This document shows positions 61,347-64,000 of a DNA stretch of 64,000 nucleotides, piece by piece (the stretch's first letter is position 1; the number at the start of each line of letters is the position of its first letter). The notes under the pieces were generated by a model that saw nothing but the letters and a program-made list of their open reading frames with translations, ran no database searches and was not told the DNA's origin. A program made the position numbers and the translations under genes. The stretch comes from Setoptus koraiensis. Taxonomy: Eukaryota > Animalia > Arthropoda. The DNA lies in assembly GCA_048013815.1 (NCBI GenBank), contig CM106586.1:7378001-7442000 (forward strand), written 5' to 3'.

Positions 61347-62693
61347 TCACAATTCCGAGACACGGCCAATAAACAGAGAGGCGTCTGTTTTTATGTGTCT
61401 AACAATAAATAAAAATGGATGATTTGCAAAAAACAGTTGTGGTTCGTCGATTGGCATAGAATATCTAGTTACAGATATAACAGCGGTTGCTGCTGCAGCC
61501 TCTATTCCTTTTTCGTCAACCTCAATCAATGCTTTATGCACGATTTTGTCCACCTCAATTGGTCTGTTTGTCTTGGCAGATGCAAACATCTCGGTAAGAT
61601 TGGCATCTCTGGTGAACATCTTTCGAACGTTCATTAATTCAAGAATTTCTCGACCGTCGTATTCTTTTTCAAATTTGAATTTTGGCAATTTGACTCGCAT
61701 CAACGTTGTTTTCATGCGGCCATAGATATCTTTCAAGTTCGACCAGGTTAAATCTTTCTCTAGTCTCGACAAACCGTCCAGTTCGGCGGGCAACAATATA
61801 ACCAAACTGATAGCATTGTCAGCACTACCCTTATATGGTATCTCCAGGGCTTTGAAATCCATCGAGGGTAAAATTTTATCTTCGTGTGAATCATAGTATC
61901 GGAGTAAGACTTCCGAATTTTGCATGAAGGGAACCATCTTCTTCTTGGTTGTATCACCCTCATTGAAGAAGTTGTATTCTCTTGTATCTTCTTTGTCGAA
62001 ATAGTCGCTCCTCCATTGAGCCTTCAAATAGACTGAATTGACTATGATGCTCGCTAATTCTTGCAAGTCATCTGGTAGAGAAAACTTATTCAAGATGGTA
62101 TTAATTTTGCCCTTGGTCTTATTGCCGACCCATTCGTTGACAGAGTCAACAATCTGGTCCTTCTTGTCGACATTAATTAAAATGGGCTCTTTAGATTTCT
62201 CTAATAGAGCACCTTTGGCCAATTTTGTTGGTGAAGACGTTTGATTGAATTTCGCTAGAGTAATCTCATAATATTTGTCTAGAGCTTGCTTGAAATTTCC
62301 TTTCAGATCACCAAAAACTTGACCATTGCTCAAAAATAGATTTGCCGTATTGAAATCAAACGTGCTTTGGTCACCAACTTTCTCTAGATCGTCATGCTGG
62401 TCATCGTTTGCGATTGACGAATTTTGCACGCTCAGGAGATATTGATAGATTCGATGTAATCCTTCATGAGGATCATCTTGTGATTGTAGATTGAATTTCT
62501 TGTGATCAAATAATGTGGATATTTCATCGGCACTGTTACTATTCTTTGCCGTGCCCAAATAGACAATATACAAGGCAGTGCATAATGATATCGGAGAGAG
62601 GACGGCATTGTTGGGCTGGACATGATTCAAGAATTGTATACCAAAATGATTGATAGAGTGGCCGACTCGAGACTCAAGTTGCAACTCGTCCAT
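61347..62693 (-). CDS. Serpin B, intronless, 448 aa, paralogue of serpin A
   Basis: NAVLSPIS, VNEWVGNKTKGKI, VNSVYLKAQW, hinge EVDEKGIEAAAAT, FFANHPFLFIVRH...LFIGRV. Confidence 0.95.
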   Translation of the reverse strand: MDELQLESRVGHSINHFGIQFLNHVQPNNAVLSPISLCTALYIVYLGTAKNSNSADEISTLFDHKKFNLQSQDDPHEGLHRIYQYLLSVQNSSIANDDQHDDLEKVGDQSTFDFNTANLFLSNGQVFGDLKGNFKQALDKYYEITLAKFNQTSSPTKLAKGALLEKSKEPILINVDKKDQIVDSVNEWVGNKTKGKINTILNKFSLPDDLQELASIIVNSVYLKAQWRSDYFDKEDTREYNFFNEGDTTKKKMVPFMQNSEVLLRYYDSHEDKILPSMDFKALEIPYKGSADNAISLVILLPAELDGLSRLEKDLTWSNLKDIYGRMKTTLMRVKLPKFKFEKEYDGREILELMNVRKMFTRDANLTEMFASAKTNRPIEVDKIVHKALIEVDEKGIEAAAATAVISVTRYSMPIDEPQLFFANHPFLFIVRHIKTDASLFIGRVSEL

Positions 62694-64000
62694 TATCTTG
62701 CCTTTGAAACTGATTTGATTGACGCAAAGTATAAATCGCTAATAAACAAGGATTAGTGAGTGTGAATAGGACGTCTGTTTGTCGAATTGTTCCTACTAAT
62801 ACAGAAGTCGAAATTGCAAATCAGAATTATTGATTGAAATGGAATATCTTCACACAAAATGTTTTTATAGCAATATTCTCCAATGTTTACTGCAAGTTTA
62901 GTGTTACCCTGGAGCTCATGATAAGACTAGTGATCATGTAATGATTATTTGCTATCGCTACATTATCAATTTAATCGTTCTATCCTTGTGCTGGCAACTG
63001 ATAGGATACTCATGAGTCAGGCGAAAGTTTCGAAAGGATTTCACGCTTTGTTTGCACCAAGCTATCGTTTGGCAATGCGCCATATCCATAAAGTTGTAGG
63101 TACTCTCTCGTTGTCTCCTCATCTCATATTGATTTGATACAGCTTGTTTAGTTACGTTATTCGTGATGAATAAACAAATATTCAACATCTATAGTGTCAG
63201 TTTGTTAGTGATATTAGATAAACTACTTCATGTCTCACGCTTGTTATCAAATATTTAAACGCACTGCGGTGTATTCGAAATGATTCAAGAAGACTGCGAA
63301 AACTGGACACGTTTCGTCGTACTAATTGCATGCAAAAGGCGCATGTTTTCATACAAAACCTAGTGACGTGAATTGTCGAAAGTAAGCGGACTCTGAGAGA
63401 AATCGAAACGTAATCGAAAAGTGGTTATTCTTGCATCCTCTCCTCTCAGCGCTCGCTTCCTATTTCGATGGGGTGTTCAATGTAATTGGAATGAATTGTG
63501 CTCTCGAGTTAAATCAACAACAATGTTCGTAGGATGTTATGTTTGACTAATATTCGAGATTTTAATTAATTGAGCCCAACATTTTCAATCACGCGAACGC
63601 CGAATCACATAAGCATTACGTAAAAGCTTTGTTTCGATGAAATTTCGAAACAACAAACAAAAGTGTTCCTACAAGGGCATGGTTACTAGTTACACCGTGA
63701 CATTCAAACATACACCCACCTTTTTTCAGATAAAGAGTTCTAGTTGACACTACTACTATCACTAATAATGTACCAATGCAAAAGCGCAGTCGTGTCGCCT
63801 AACCATCTTATCTGTCATCAAACTACGCAAATAAAGAATTAAAACAAATAAGCTGCAATGATTCTAGTTTTATCGACATTAGAGATATTTTATTACACAT
63901 TATACATCATGTATTCATCGATACATTTTTATGTGAAACTACTAGGGACTTTCATAAGCCTACAAACGAACTTCGCTTTTCGGAGCGCGGCCTTAATCAG

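Overview
Eukaryotic (arthropod) genomic DNA with spliceosomal GT-AG introns. The compact, intron-poor, microsatellite-rich style suggests a mite, possibly eriophyoid; this is inference. Two gene-dense islands (about 8-18 kb and 48-63 kb) flank long repeat-rich stretches. Recognisable genes: BBS1 (3 exons, about 1056 aa, swollen by low-complexity insertions), mRpS22, an orphan 2-exon coiled-coil gene with two broken paralogues, CK2-alpha, a big brain-like aquaporin (about 250-aa N/Q insertion, unusual filter, probable 16.5-kb last intron), MARCH6, ENL/AF9, a WD40-only Gemin5, an SDR9C-type dehydrogenase, two serpins and a deleted serpin pseudogene. The most notable architecture: twice, a conserved gene (CK2-alpha; the SDR) lies between the parts of a local duplication. 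At the CK2-alpha locus the downstream pseudo-exon also forms a 33-bp-stem hairpin that is antisense to the intact parent gene. No rRNA, tRNA, CRISPR array or intact transposon was recognised. All alignments were done by eye.
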